From Nostoc sp. PCC 7120 = FACHB-418 (GTDB lineage: Bacteria > Cyanobacteriota > Cyanobacteriia > Cyanobacteriales > Nostocaceae): DNA of 32,000 nt. Position 1 is the first letter of the stretch. Each line of letters opens with the position of its first letter. The notes under the pieces are model-generated. The model was not told the DNA's origin. It ran no database searches and saw nothing but the letters and a program-made list of their open reading frames with translations. This document shows positions 18,174 through 27,991 of this stretch, piece by piece. The stretch covers positions 6,210,001 to 6,242,000 of the forward strand of contig NC_003272.1 in assembly GCF_000009705.1 (NCBI RefSeq), in the 5' to 3' direction. The position numbers were made by a program, and so were the translations under genes.

Positions 18174-19514
18174 TTATTCGCCAGTGATTGATAATTCCTC
18201 TACCCAAATTCTTGGAGCCACACCACCAGGTGTTAAAGCCACTTCTGGCTCTACGTAAATAATTGATTTCAAAAGTTCCAAGAAATCACCAGCAACTGTT
18301 GCTGATTCAATACTTGTTTTGACACCTTTGTTAATCAACCAACCATCAAAGGGCAGAGAAAAAGATCCTTGCAAAGATTTCACACCAGCGTGCAGAGCGT
18401 GTAAATCATCGATCAAAATCACATTTTCTGCTGTTTCTAAGTTAAGTTTCTGCTCAGAATCCCCAGAGCTAAACACATGATAAAAGTTAGGACTAACACT
18501 AACTTTTGCCCCAATACTAGCATTACCTGTCGGTTGAGTATTTAACCTTTTTGCAGTCCCTGCACTGTGAAGAAAGCCTGTTAAGATTCCATTTTCTATT
18601 AATGCCACCTTGCGAGTAGGTGTACCTTCACCATCAAAACTTTCTGCACCTATGTTGGCAGGATGTAGAGCATCATCATAAACAGATAATAAAGGCGAAG
18701 CAATTTGCTTACCTAAATCATCAGGAGTAGATAAGCTTTGTTTATCAAGGATATTTTGGGCATTAAATAAATTAGAAAAAGCCCCTAGCAAACTTAAAAA
18801 AGCTTCCGGTGAAAAAACAACTCGATACTTACCAGTTTTAATTTTATCGTAGTTGAGATGACTAATGGTTTTCTCAGCAGTTTCTCGGATACATCCATTG
18901 ATATCCAAATTTTCTAAACTACGGTTGATTCTGTAAGCACCTGCACTGCGTGGTTTTTTCCCTTCCTCTTCAGTTTTGCTGTACAGATAAACTGATGACA
19001 AAGAAACAGACTCAGTTCTTAAAGCACCTTGGCTATTGAGATAAAATCGATCAATATCTCTTTGTGCCAAGCCGTTATAAGGTACACCTTTGATAGCCGG
19101 ATGAGCTGACAGCAGTTCTTTTTCAGCTACTAGCAATTTTTCTATGAGCTGCGAAACAGGAGCTTGAGGGGCTTTCTCATTTAACGTATTAGCGAGAGGA
19201 ACAGTAGCCTCTGGACTAAAATCAGGAACATTTTCCTTCACACCAAAAAAACTAGCTTCATAAGCCGTTTTTAAAGCTAATTCCAATCCTTTGGGATCTA
19301 CATCTGTGGTGCTAGTAATACCTATGGTATTGTCTTCATTCCAGACGCGTACAGTTACACCAGAGCGATTTGAAGCCTTGACTTGTTTTGGCTCACCTTG
19401 GTCAACTTGTACACTAGTTTCATCTACAGTTGAGCCATAAATGTCAAATTTTTGGATGCCCAGCTTTTGAGCATTATCTTGGGCATAAGTAGCGATTTCA
19501 TTAATATTCGGCAT
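18174..19514 (-). CDS. pmbA: Metalloprotease PmbA (TldE), TldD/PmbA family
   Basis: A 446-aa TldD/PmbA-family protein without the HExxxH motif, located directly downstream of tldD. Family-typical C-terminus: GSFSLPFDGWLINKG...VAP. Confidence 0.85.
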   Translation of the reverse strand: MPNINEIATYAQDNAQKLGIQKFDIYGSTVDETSVQVDQGEPKQVKASNRSGVTVRVWNEDNTIGITSTTDVDPKGLELALKTAYEASFFGVKENVPDFSPEATVPLANTLNEKAPQAPVSQLIEKLLVAEKELLSAHPAIKGVPYNGLAQRDIDRFYLNSQGALRTESVSLSSVYLYSKTEEEGKKPRSAGAYRINRSLENLDINGCIRETAEKTISHLNYDKIKTGKYRVVFSPEAFLSLLGAFSNLFNAQNILDKQSLSTPDDLGKQIASPLLSVYDDALHPANIGAESFDGEGTPTRKVALIENGILTGFLHSAGTAKRLNTQPTGNASIGAKVSVSPNFYHVFSSGDSEQKLNLETAENVILIDDLHALHAGVKSLQGSFSLPFDGWLINKGVKTSIESATVAGDFLELLKSIIYVEPEVALTPGGVAPRIWVEELSITGE

Positions 19515-19517
19515 AGT

Positions 19518-19545
19518 GAATTTTTGATTTTAGATTTTGTATTTT
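19518..19545. repeat. Heptamer array (NNATTTT x4) abutting the pmbA start codon
   Basis: gaatttt tgatttt agatttt gtatttt. It is the inverted counterpart of the array at 19805-19832. Confidence 0.7.
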
Positions 19546-19610
19546 GATAAGTAGATTAAACTTTGGATTTTTGGATATTATGATGTAAGTTTTTCGCCTA
19601 AAAAATATAC

Positions 19611-19690
19611 GTAGTAGCGCATCAGCCTAAAAACATTGGCATCAAAAAACCTAGCTAGTACCAAACAAAACTATTTTATGATTACTCGAC
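19611..19690. repeat. Degenerate copy of the GTAG...TGCGTCAG-type element
   Basis: GTAGTAGCGCATCAG (19611-19625) plus the shared core AAAACCTAGCTAGTACCAAACAAAA. The right arm is decayed. Confidence 0.5.
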
Positions 19691-19715
19691 CCAATAAATT
19701 AAGCTTGCTGCGCTA

Positions 19716-19770
19716 GTAGGGTGGGCATTGCCCACCAAAATCATGTTACGGTGGGCAATGCCCACCCTAC
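19716..19770. repeat. Palindromic element with a perfect 21-bp inverted repeat, GTAGGGTGGGCATTGCCCACC / GGTGGGCAATGCCCACCCTAC
   Basis: The arms are at 19716-19736 and 19750-19770 and match 21/21. Each arm is itself nearly self-complementary (GGTGGGCA-TGCCCACC). Confidence 0.85.
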
Positions 19771-19804
19771 AGATACTGGCTTTAAACTCCTGCTTATTCA
19801 CAAC

Positions 19805-19832
19805 CCAAAATCCAAAATTTAAAATCTAAAAT
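19805..19832. repeat. Heptamer array (NNAAAAT x4) ending 2 nt before the tldD stop codon
   Basis: ccaaaat ccaaaat ttaaaat ctaaaat, the reverse-complement type of the array at 19518-19545. Confidence 0.7.
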
Positions 19833-19834
19833 TC

Positions 19835-21307
19835 TTAGCGTCCACCTACTGTGATGGAATCAACTTTGATATGGGGTTGTCCTACAGTGGTGTAAATACT
19901 GCCACTGACGGAACCGCAGAAACCAGGCGCAAGTTCCAAATCTTGGGAACACATGGAAATTTTATTCATAATTTCCTTAGCTTCGCCGATTAGGGTTGCG
20001 CCTTTTAACGGTTTTGTGATTTTACCGTTTTCAATTAAATAGGCTTCATCAACACTAAAGTTAAATTGACCAGTAGCACCAACACTACCGCCACCCATTT
20101 TTTTACAGTAAATACCTTTATCTACAGAGGCGAATAATTCTTCAACTGTGTAGTCACCAGTAGCGATGTAAGTATTACGCATCCGGCTAGCAGCTGCAAA
20201 AGTATAATTTTGGCGGCGGCCACTACCAGTTCTGGGATGTCCGGTGCGGGAAGAGCCTGTTCTATCTGCCAAAAAGTTTTTCAAAACACCTTTTTCAATT
20301 AATAGAGTTCTTTGGGCCGGCATACCTTCGTCATCCATGTCAATTGTGCCGAAGGCATTATCAGCGCGTCCTTCATCCCAAGCTGTTAGGCTCTCATGAG
20401 CGATTTTCTCACCTTTCTTATCAGCAAAAGGTGTGGTGTTACGTTCGATTTGTGTAGTTTCTAGCAAATGTCCACAAGCTTCATGGAAAATTACACCACC
20501 AAAGTGATTCGCCATGATGATGGGGTAAGTACCTGATTCCACAAAATCTGCGTAGAGCATTTTTCCCGCAGATTCCGAGATTTGCTCGGCAGCTTGTTGA
20601 TAATCCCAAGTCCTCAGGAAGTTAGCATCGCTGGTATTACCTGCACGTTCGCCAATGGAAGCACGGTTCGCACCATCAGCACACAGTAGGTTAAATCCCA
20701 CCGATTGAGTTAAGCGAATATCACGGGCAAAAGTACCATCACTGGCTGCAACTAATACTTCTTGCCAATCCCGAAAATAGCTCGCACGGCGTGATTGTAT
20801 GTGGTTAGCTTTTTGCTTTAGGTAGGCTGTACCATCAAGGAGGATTTCTCCCATTTCGCGGATAGAACTACACAGAGGTAGCCAAGCGTCTTTACCCCGT
20901 TTGGTGGCATAGTCTCTGAGTAGTTCTAGGTTAATTTCTGGGATAAAAGCGTTAGGTGCTGGTAATTGTAAGCCTAAAATAGATAGACCTTTTTCTAAAG
21001 CTGCTTTCAAGCCAGAGAAGGATAAATCGTTGGTGCTGACATAGCAATCTGCTTTGCCACGAAACACTCTGACTCCTGCACCTGTGGCTAGACTGGGCGA
21101 AATACTAGTAATTGTATCGTCTTCTGCCAAACTACTAATATAGTTGCGACGCTCTAGAAAAAGTTCAACAAAATCAGCACCAGCTGCTCTTCCTAAACCC
21201 AGGAGGGTTGCCAAGGGGGCTTCCCAGGTTTCATCGAATCGCTCTGGTGTAGAAGAATATTGCAGGTTAGGGAGTTGGTTTGAGAGAAGTAGGGTACTTG
21301 TAAGCAT
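19835..21307 (-). CDS. tldD: Metalloprotease TldD
   Basis: It has the zinc-binding motif [10 protein letters not shown], TldD-typical length (490 aa), and the C-terminal GGSVG...GxxxxxxxG pattern. It is paired with pmbA. Confidence 0.95.
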   Translation of the reverse strand: MLTSTLLLSNQLPNLQYSSTPERFDETWEAPLATLLGLGRAAGADFVELFLERRNYISSLAEDDTITSISPSLATGAGVRVFRGKADCYVSTNDLSFSGLKAALEKGLSILGLQLPAPNAFIPEINLELLRDYATKRGKDAWLPLCSSIREMGEILLDGTAYLKQKANHIQSRRASYFRDWQEVLVAASDGTFARDIRLTQSVGFNLLCADGANRASIGERAGNTSDANFLRTWDYQQAAEQISESAGKMLYADFVESGTYPIIMANHFGGVIFHEACGHLLETTQIERNTTPFADKKGEKIAHESLTAWDEGRADNAFGTIDMDDEGMPAQRTLLIEKGVLKNFLADRTGSSRTGHPRTGSGRRQNYTFAAASRMRNTYIATGDYTVEELFASVDKGIYCKKMGGGSVGATGQFNFSVDEAYLIENGKITKPLKGATLIGEAKEIMNKISMCSQDLELAPGFCGSVSGSIYTTVGQPHIKVDSITVGGR

Positions 21308-21489
21308 GAATAGCCTCGTCTGCTGGCGTTATCAGAGATTTGACTGAAAAATCCTGGTGTCAACAGTCTAACAAATCGGTGTAAGCCGCAGGTGGCAGAT
21401 AGGCGGTGCTGGTTTCCCTACTTGGTATGTTTTGTTATGTTTGTAGTAAGCACTTTAGTGCTGAGAATATTAAGGGCTGTTTATGGATA

Positions 21490-21897
21490 CCTCGCTATCG
21501 CCAGTATACTTATCCTGATGTGATGTTAATTTAAGGTCAGTCAGTTTATATGTAAGCAAACACCACTACGGTGATGAATCTTTCTGTAATTGTGGAGGTT
21601 TTATCTAACTCTACAATTAATTATGACCAAGGAGATAAATTTCTTTACTATCGCTCAATTGCAGAGTTTCAAGAATATATTTTAGTTGACCAGTATGAAT
21701 ATCGTGTGATGCAGTATGTGAAGACAGATGCGGGTAAATTGTTGTTGAATGAAGTGGAAGGTGAGTCAGCTAATTTATTAATCCAAAGTGTTGGCTGGCA
21801 AATTTCACTAACTGAAATTTATGAGCAAGTGGATTTCATTGAAAAAATAACGAAGATTAATATTATTGGCTCTCCTAGACTAGCTATGTTAAATTAA
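21490..21897 (+). pseudogene. Uma2-family (DUF820) endonuclease remnant: 5'-truncated, with two in-frame stops
   Basis: In one frame it reads PRYRQYTYPDVMLI*GQSVYM*ANTTTVMNLSVIVEVLSNSTINYDQGDKFLYYRSIAEFQEYILVDQYEYRVMQY. This carries the Uma2 signatures YPDV, EVLS.ST..D...K and EY.LVD. The stops are at 21532-21534 and 21553-21555. The ~100 N-terminal residues are missing. Confidence 0.7.
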
Positions 21898-22256
21898 TAC
21901 TTAATACCAGCTTAAATTATTACATAGCATGGAATTCAAATAAATAAAGCGTATTTTTATTAAATCTTTAATTTTGTATTACTATAACCTTGCTATAGCA
22001 GGAGTCTTGGCCTGTTTTTATTATTAATTTATCATAACCACTCTGGAAGAGCCATATTATTTAATTGCGTAATTCATTAAGTTTGAAAGAATATTTAATT
22101 TGTTTAAGAAAAATAGGGAATACACTAAAATTTTAAAAGTCGTGTTTTTATCTAGTTTGACATGGCTTAATTATTAAGATGTCTATGAAGAAAATTACAC
22201 ACTTTTGAGAGAATCTAGCCTTGTTATTGGCTTAATCAAAACTATTTGGTTCTAGA

Positions 22257-22979
22257 TTAAACTACTACTTTTGCTTTGGCTTCTTTGTTGCCGTACTTGC
22301 GCTTTAATGCACCCAAACCAGCAGTACCTACACCAAGACCAAGCATGGTGATGGGTTCGGGAACAGGTGTAGAGGAGTTAACAAAGGCATCACTGCCATC
22401 TCCGGAAAATGCTTGAACGCGGATAGCTGTTTTGAGCGTACCAACAGTAATAGCCTCAATAACGCTTTGGTAAGTATTGGGATTTGCAAGCGTGAAACGA
22501 ATACCAAACGTTTCATTTGGATCTATCGCATTAGTTGGGCCATCGGCACTAAGACGGAAGACAATAGTCCAAGGTTGATCAATATTATTACCCTGTGGGA
22601 AAGTTCCTGTAGTTATAGGTAAAAAGCTTACAGTTCCAGAATTGCCAACATTAGGAGTATAAGTAGAGAAAAGACTACTTGTACCGGAAAAAGCAATCTG
22701 ATCAACCTTTGTGCTACTATTTATGAATTTGTTGTTAAACTTAAAATCTACAGTTCCGCTACCACTGACTACATCAAAATCGAAGTTGCCGACATAGGCA
22801 TCACCAGCAGTATTTCCAGATGTGGCAACAGTACCATCAATACCATTCGGGGGTTGACCTTCAATGATATTCTGAAAACCGAAGGTAGTAGTAATAGCAG
22901 CCGCAGGGTTAATAGAACTTACAGCCAGGGCAATACCCGATCCTGCTAATAAAGCAGAAAAAACAGACGTGATCTTCAT
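22257..22979 (-). CDS. Secreted PEP-CTERM sorting-domain protein
   Basis: The signal peptide MKITSVFSALLAGSGIALAVSSINPAAA begins at the internal ATG at 22979; the ORF-track start at 23066 adds an implausible extension. The C-terminus is VPEPITMLGLGVGTAGLGALKRKYGNK. Confidence 0.8.
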   Translation of the reverse strand: MKITSVFSALLAGSGIALAVSSINPAAAITTTFGFQNIIEGQPPNGIDGTVATSGNTAGDAYVGNFDFDVVSGSGTVDFKFNNKFINSSTKVDQIAFSGTSSLFSTYTPNVGNSGTVSFLPITTGTFPQGNNIDQPWTIVFRLSADGPTNAIDPNETFGIRFTLANPNTYQSVIEAITVGTLKTAIRVQAFSGDGSDAFVNSSTPVPEPITMLGLGVGTAGLGALKRKYGNKEAKAKVVV

Positions 22980-23352
22980 AAGAATCAAAAACCGAATGAA
23001 AAGTGTGTAATAAACATACAGTCTTGTTGCCAGTGAATCAACTGATATAGATACCAACTTCATCAAATATTCATCAAATAAAAATATTTAATTTTTTTGA
23101 TATTTAATGATTCTTTATAGAGATTTTCATTTAAGTGAGGTGTGTCGATGTTTTAAAACTCAGAGTAACCGGAAGGGAAGCGCAGGGAAACGCCGAGTAT
23201 TGCCCAATTCTATTAGCGATATTATTAATGCCTCAGCAGATTAGGAACACTATATTTTAGTGTTTAAGCCTTAAAGTAAATTACTCTCACTGACATAGAT
23301 GTTTTTTTAGTTGAGTAATTTGTAGAAACGAAAATAACTATAAACCTCATTT

Positions 23353-25497
23353 TTAACTGTTACTAACCACACCCAATATATTCAATGGCAAAATCTTCAA
23401 ATAATCTAAAGCTTGCTCTATCACTGAAGCATCGGTTTTACCTATTCTCACTACCATCAATACCCCATCCGTATAGGGTGAGATGACACTCACATCAGAT
23501 AGCCCAAAGAAATGGGGAGCATCGTAAATTACTAGGTCATAATTATTTTCAAAATCTACCATTAATTGCCTCATTTTCTCAGAAGCCAGTAGTTTTATGG
23601 GGTCTTCAGGTACTGGGCCAGCCGTGATTAGAGATAGCTGTTCCATAGAAGGTAGTTTATGGATAACTTCACTTACTGGTAAATTTGTAGATAATAAACT
23701 ACTTAAACCCCATAAATTTTTTAAATTCGCTAAGTTGTGAATCATAGGTTGGCGGAGGTTCACATCTACCAGTAATACTCGCAGTCCCATTGCTGTGGCT
23801 GTTTGAGCCAGATAAAAGGCAACAATAGATTTTCCGTCACCAGCCATAACCGAGCTAACAACTAAAGATCGTAGTTGGGACTTGGGTTTAATTTGTTGAA
23901 TATTTGTATAAAGAAACCTTAAAGCGTCTAAAAATTCTGTTGAATAACTACTATATTCTTGAGTAATTGCCACATCTGAATCTTGACTACCTTCTAGTAA
24001 GGAATTGAATATTTTAAATCGAGCTAACTTTGATTTAGAAGTACGAGCTTGCAGAGCTTTTACTTCATTATCAAAAGGCACATTTCCCAGCAAGGGAAAA
24101 TTTATATTATTTTTCAGTTTTAGTACGCTATTGTAGGTGTTAGATATTTTTTCTAGTAGTAAAGCAACTGCAATACCTGCTGCTATACTGGCGAATAGAC
24201 CTATAGTTAAACTGCGTAATCTACTAGAGGAATTCACCAGTTTTGGCTCAGAAGGTGGTTGAATTAACTGCCAACCTAGTTCTGTTTGGGATATTTGAAT
24301 CTGTAAGGTTTCGCGGGTTGATAAAAAACGATTCAAACTGTCATTGGCGAACTGTAACCTACGCTGTATTTCTGTGTATTGTCTTGCTAAAATTGGTACT
24401 TGCTTGCGTTGCTGTTCAAGTTGGTGCGATATCTTAGCAATTTCTGCACTTTGTAACTCTAGCGATTGCAGTTGGGTTCTTAATTCTGCTGCTCTCACAT
24501 CTAAAAAGCGCTTTTCTTCCTGCTGTAAAACAGGGAGGAGGCTAGCTCGTTTTTCCTTCAAAGTTTGTAATCTAGGATTGTTACTTTCTAATAGCGTTGA
24601 CTCTGTAGCAATTTGAGTATCTAATTGCATTAGCTGACTCACCAGTTGTTGATACAAAGACGCATTATTCAGTACTGTTGTTTTTCCTTTTTCTGTTTGA
24701 AGAAGATTTAGTTGGTCGCGGACTTGTGTCAATTGTAATTTAATACTTTGCTGTGTTCCAGCTAGCGTACTGGCTTGTGCATCAAGTGCATTTCCTTTGC
24801 TTTCTGGAGAGCTAAAATCATATTTTTGGCGAAAAAATTGCAGTTCTTGTTGAATTTGATCAACTCGCTTTTGGATAGATGGTAACTGTTTGTCAATAAA
24901 TTGAATCCCCTGACGTAACTTAGTTTGTCGCCTTTCTTGGCTGTATTCTAAATAATCTTTGGAAATTAGCTCTAATACTTTGCTAACTTCATTGGGATCA
25001 TTAGCTCGATAGCGAGTTTCTATGATTTTCGTTTCTCCTACCCGATTAATAGTAAGAGATTCTAGCAACGATGGGTAAGTGATGTCTGGATAAGAAATTC
25101 TCAACGCCTGAAGGGTGTTTCTCATGATTTCAGGACTTTTAAGAACTAAAATTTGGCTGTCATAATCTAGTTTCGATGTACTAGAACTTGTTTCTTTAAC
25201 TATATTTATTGCTTCGCTATCATCGTTAACTGGTTCCACTAGCATGAAAAAATTGCTTTCATATTCTATGGGCTGCTTACGGAATATCACGTTTACAGCC
25301 ACAATAGTCATGACTACTATAGATACTCCTGCGATAACTCTCGACCGACGTTTTACTATACTCAGCCAATCTCTTATGCTAAAGCTTTCGTCTTTTTCTT
25401 CACCCCAGGGAACAGCAACAGGTTGTGGTTGAGGCAAGAAAGATTTAGAGTTGCCATTTTGTTCAGAGTTTAAAGTTTGGTAAGATTGCTTATTCAT
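23353..25497 (-). CDS. Polysaccharide co-polymerase / BY-kinase fusion (Wzz domain, coiled-coil periplasmic region, P-loop domain; Wzc/GumC/EpsG-like) without a C-terminal Tyr cluster
   Basis: TM1 is VIAGVSIVVMTIVAVNVIF and TM2 is LTIGLFASIAAGIAVALLL, with a long Q/L-rich coiled coil between them. Walker A is SSVMAGDGKS, Walker A' is VLLVDVNLRQP and Walker B is DLVIYDAPH. The protein ends at ...LNILGVVSNS. Confidence 0.85.
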   Translation of the reverse strand: MNKQSYQTLNSEQNGNSKSFLPQPQPVAVPWGEEKDESFSIRDWLSIVKRRSRVIAGVSIVVMTIVAVNVIFRKQPIEYESNFFMLVEPVNDDSEAINIVKETSSSTSKLDYDSQILVLKSPEIMRNTLQALRISYPDITYPSLLESLTINRVGETKIIETRYRANDPNEVSKVLELISKDYLEYSQERRQTKLRQGIQFIDKQLPSIQKRVDQIQQELQFFRQKYDFSSPESKGNALDAQASTLAGTQQSIKLQLTQVRDQLNLLQTEKGKTTVLNNASLYQQLVSQLMQLDTQIATESTLLESNNPRLQTLKEKRASLLPVLQQEEKRFLDVRAAELRTQLQSLELQSAEIAKISHQLEQQRKQVPILARQYTEIQRRLQFANDSLNRFLSTRETLQIQISQTELGWQLIQPPSEPKLVNSSSRLRSLTIGLFASIAAGIAVALLLEKISNTYNSVLKLKNNINFPLLGNVPFDNEVKALQARTSKSKLARFKIFNSLLEGSQDSDVAITQEYSSYSTEFLDALRFLYTNIQQIKPKSQLRSLVVSSVMAGDGKSIVAFYLAQTATAMGLRVLLVDVNLRQPMIHNLANLKNLWGLSSLLSTNLPVSEVIHKLPSMEQLSLITAGPVPEDPIKLLASEKMRQLMVDFENNYDLVIYDAPHFFGLSDVSVISPYTDGVLMVVRIGKTDASVIEQALDYLKILPLNILGVVSNS

Positions 25498-26641
25498 TGT
25501 GTTCTAACTATCTGGAAATAAAATGGCTAAGATGTAGTATAAATGTTTTCTACTTTCCTACACGAGTGTAAAGTTATATATATGAATATTTACTTTTGGC
25601 CAATCATTAAATCACGGACTGCACAAATTTTCTGTGTTAAGTTGCACTAATTATTTACGTTGATATCCTGAATCTAAATAAACTACTTTCACTGGAAATA
25701 TCCTAACTGAGATATCAACTCCGTATTATAAAGTTTTAATGATTCTAAGTATATATCATCCGTGTAGAATGTTAATTTGGATACACTTCAATTGTAAATC
25801 AATCAGTCATTGAGAGATAAGTATTCGGTTAACATCATTGGTCTATTTAAGGTAGTTGCAACCTTGAAAACTGGGAATTAAGAGGTGATTATTTGTTGTT
25901 TACCAAACAATTAAGGCGATTACGCTTAAGAAGATTTAACTACACTTGATTACTATGTAAGTTTAATACAACTTAATAAAATATACCTTTTATGAAGAAA
26001 CACCTAAAAAACATCCTAGTAAGATGAACTTTTTATGAAGGATGCCAGGCATCTTTAAAACATGGTATCGTATACCTCGTGATTACACTTAGATTAAGCA
26101 AGAAAACGCGAAGGAGATTAAATAATTGATCTGAAGATCCCCCAATACAGTAAAAATTAAAGTTGGAGCAGATACAAACAGGTTCATAACAACCAAAATC
26201 GGTACATTGTATGATCCTATATTTTCGTCAATTCTACTAGAAACATAGTGCCTGTTATATACCTTATTGACTGAGAAGTTAGCGACATAGTTATTTAACA
26301 ATACTAAATAGTTAACTACTAAGTGAAATACCTTCTTCATGTAGCGAATATGAATGATTAGTAATGCTTTTGTAATTTTTATTTGTGTTCCCCCTGTGCA
26401 GAAAAAGCATTTTATTCATGATTATTGGTTATGTAGCATGGACTGTTTGATGGGATATATGTGTGAAGTTTGGATTGTTTAGATTGTATATAATCAACAC
26501 ATTATAGACTTGGAAAAGTATAAACCAAAGATGTTTCCATGTCATAAAACCAGATTAAATTCTTATGCTTGCAATTAATGGCTTGAGCAGTTCGGTAGTG
26601 TCATCAGTAAAGTTTATAACTTCCCAAATAGGACACAGCCG

Positions 26642-27991
26642 ATGAGACTAAACGAATGGATTAATAACAAATTTATACAATCCATTTCTACTCCTATAGA
26701 AGCTGAAAATACGTCAACGCCAAAGACTCAAAAGTCCATCAAGTTATCTGTAATGACTCAGTTTTTTCCTCCAGATTATGCTCCTACAGGGCAGTTGATC
26801 GAGGAACTCGTGAAACAGTTAGGACAACAGGGAGTGAATGTTGAGGTATTTACCAGTCAGCCTGGTTATGCCTTTCAATCTCAGACGGCTCCAGCAGTTG
26901 AATGGTTGGATAGGATAAGAATCCAGCGATCGCGCACTGCTCAACTTTGGTCAGGTAGAATTCGTGGTAAAGCTGTCAATGGTGTTTTGTATACACTACG
27001 TGCCTTACTACATATTCTCAAAGCTTGGCGGCGTAACAATATATTATTAGTCACTACAGCCCCACCTTTTTTGCCAATTATAGGATATTTGGCTTACTTG
27101 CTATTCCGGTTACCTTATGTCTGCGTACTCTACGACTTATACCCAGATATTGCGATCGCGTTGGGGGTAGTTTCCAAACGTAGCTTGGTCGTGCGTTTGT
27201 GGAATGCAATGAACAGACAGGTTTGGCTGAATGCCAAAGGTATTGTGGTACTCAGCCCGGCGATGAAGCAAAAGATAGTGGCACATTGTCCAGAGGTGAC
27301 TGACAAAATTTCGGTGATACATAGCTGGGCTAATCCGGAAGCGATCGTACCGATTCCTAAGTCAGAAAACTGGTTTGCCCACGAGTACGGTTTAGTTAAT
27401 AAGTTTACCGTGCTTTACTCTGGGAACATGGGTCGTTGTCATGATATTGACACCATGTTGGAAGCGGCCAAGCTATTGCAGAATGAACCAATTCAGTTTG
27501 TTTGCATTGGTGGTGGTGCCAAACGTGAAGAATTAATCAGGGAGGTAGATAAGTTAGGGTTAAATAATTTTACATTCTTGCCCTATCAAGATAAGCAAGT
27601 GTTGCCCTATTCCTTAACAGCCTGTGATTTATCATTGGTGAGTGTAGATGCAACTACAGAGGGTTTAGTTGTACCTAGCAAACTTTACTCAGCCTTAGCT
27701 TCTGGACGACCAATTGCTGTTATCTGCTCCCAATCTTCATATCTGAGGGAAATGATGGCTGAAGCTAAATGTGGTGGCTCATTTGAGAATGGCGACAGTC
27801 AAGGTCTTGCACAGTTTATCCGTTTTCTTAGCCGTGATACCCAAATAGGTGAGGATATGGGCAAGGCAGGTCGTCAGTATATGCGATCGCACTTCACACC
27901 CAAAGTTATATCTCAACAATACTTGCGAGTGTTGCAGCAGGCATTATTTTCTCATGAGGTAGTTCATGTGTCTCGAAGCAATGTAAAGTAG
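26642..27991 (+). CDS. GT4-family glycosyltransferase (WcaI/WbuB-like)
   Basis: The N-terminal part is LSVMTQFFPPDYAPTGQLIEELVKQL...GVNVEVFTSQP. The C-terminal GT-B part is YSGNMG...VVPSKLYSALASGRPI (E/K-x7-E-like region). The start codon is uncertain; M38 is possible. Confidence 0.85.
   Translation: MRLNEWINNKFIQSISTPIEAENTSTPKTQKSIKLSVMTQFFPPDYAPTGQLIEELVKQLGQQGVNVEVFTSQPGYAFQSQTAPAVEWLDRIRIQRSRTAQLWSGRIRGKAVNGVLYTLRALLHILKAWRRNNILLVTTAPPFLPIIGYLAYLLFRLPYVCVLYDLYPDIAIALGVVSKRSLVVRLWNAMNRQVWLNAKGIVVLSPAMKQKIVAHCPEVTDKISVIHSWANPEAIVPIPKSENWFAHEYGLVNKFTVLYSGNMGRCHDIDTMLEAAKLLQNEPIQFVCIGGGAKREELIREVDKLGLNNFTFLPYQDKQVLPYSLTACDLSLVSVDATTEGLVVPSKLYSALASGRPIAVICSQSSYLREMMAEAKCGGSFENGDSQGLAQFIRFLSRDTQIGEDMGKAGRQYMRSHFTPKVISQQYLRVLQQALFSHEVVHVSRSNVK

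Noticed and set aside
22980-23066. N-terminal extension of the second PEP-CTERM ORF (MMKLVSISVDSLATRLYVYYTLFIRFLIL)
   Set aside because: The internal Met at 22979 is followed by a canonical signal peptide. The extension overlaps AT-rich repeat DNA.
26089-26340. 83-aa hydrophobic ORF (-) in the 1.1-kb gap between the Wzc-like and GT4 genes
   Set aside because: It might be a relic of a membrane protein such as Wzy or an acyltransferase. However, I see no motif, the codon usage is very AT-rich, and no continuation appears in neighbouring frames, so it is not called.
26470-26494. Promoter-like TTGGAT ... TATAAT upstream of the GT4 gene
   Set aside because: The spacer is only 13 nt, which is too short for a sigma70-type promoter, and AT-rich DNA produces many TATAAT-like hexamers.
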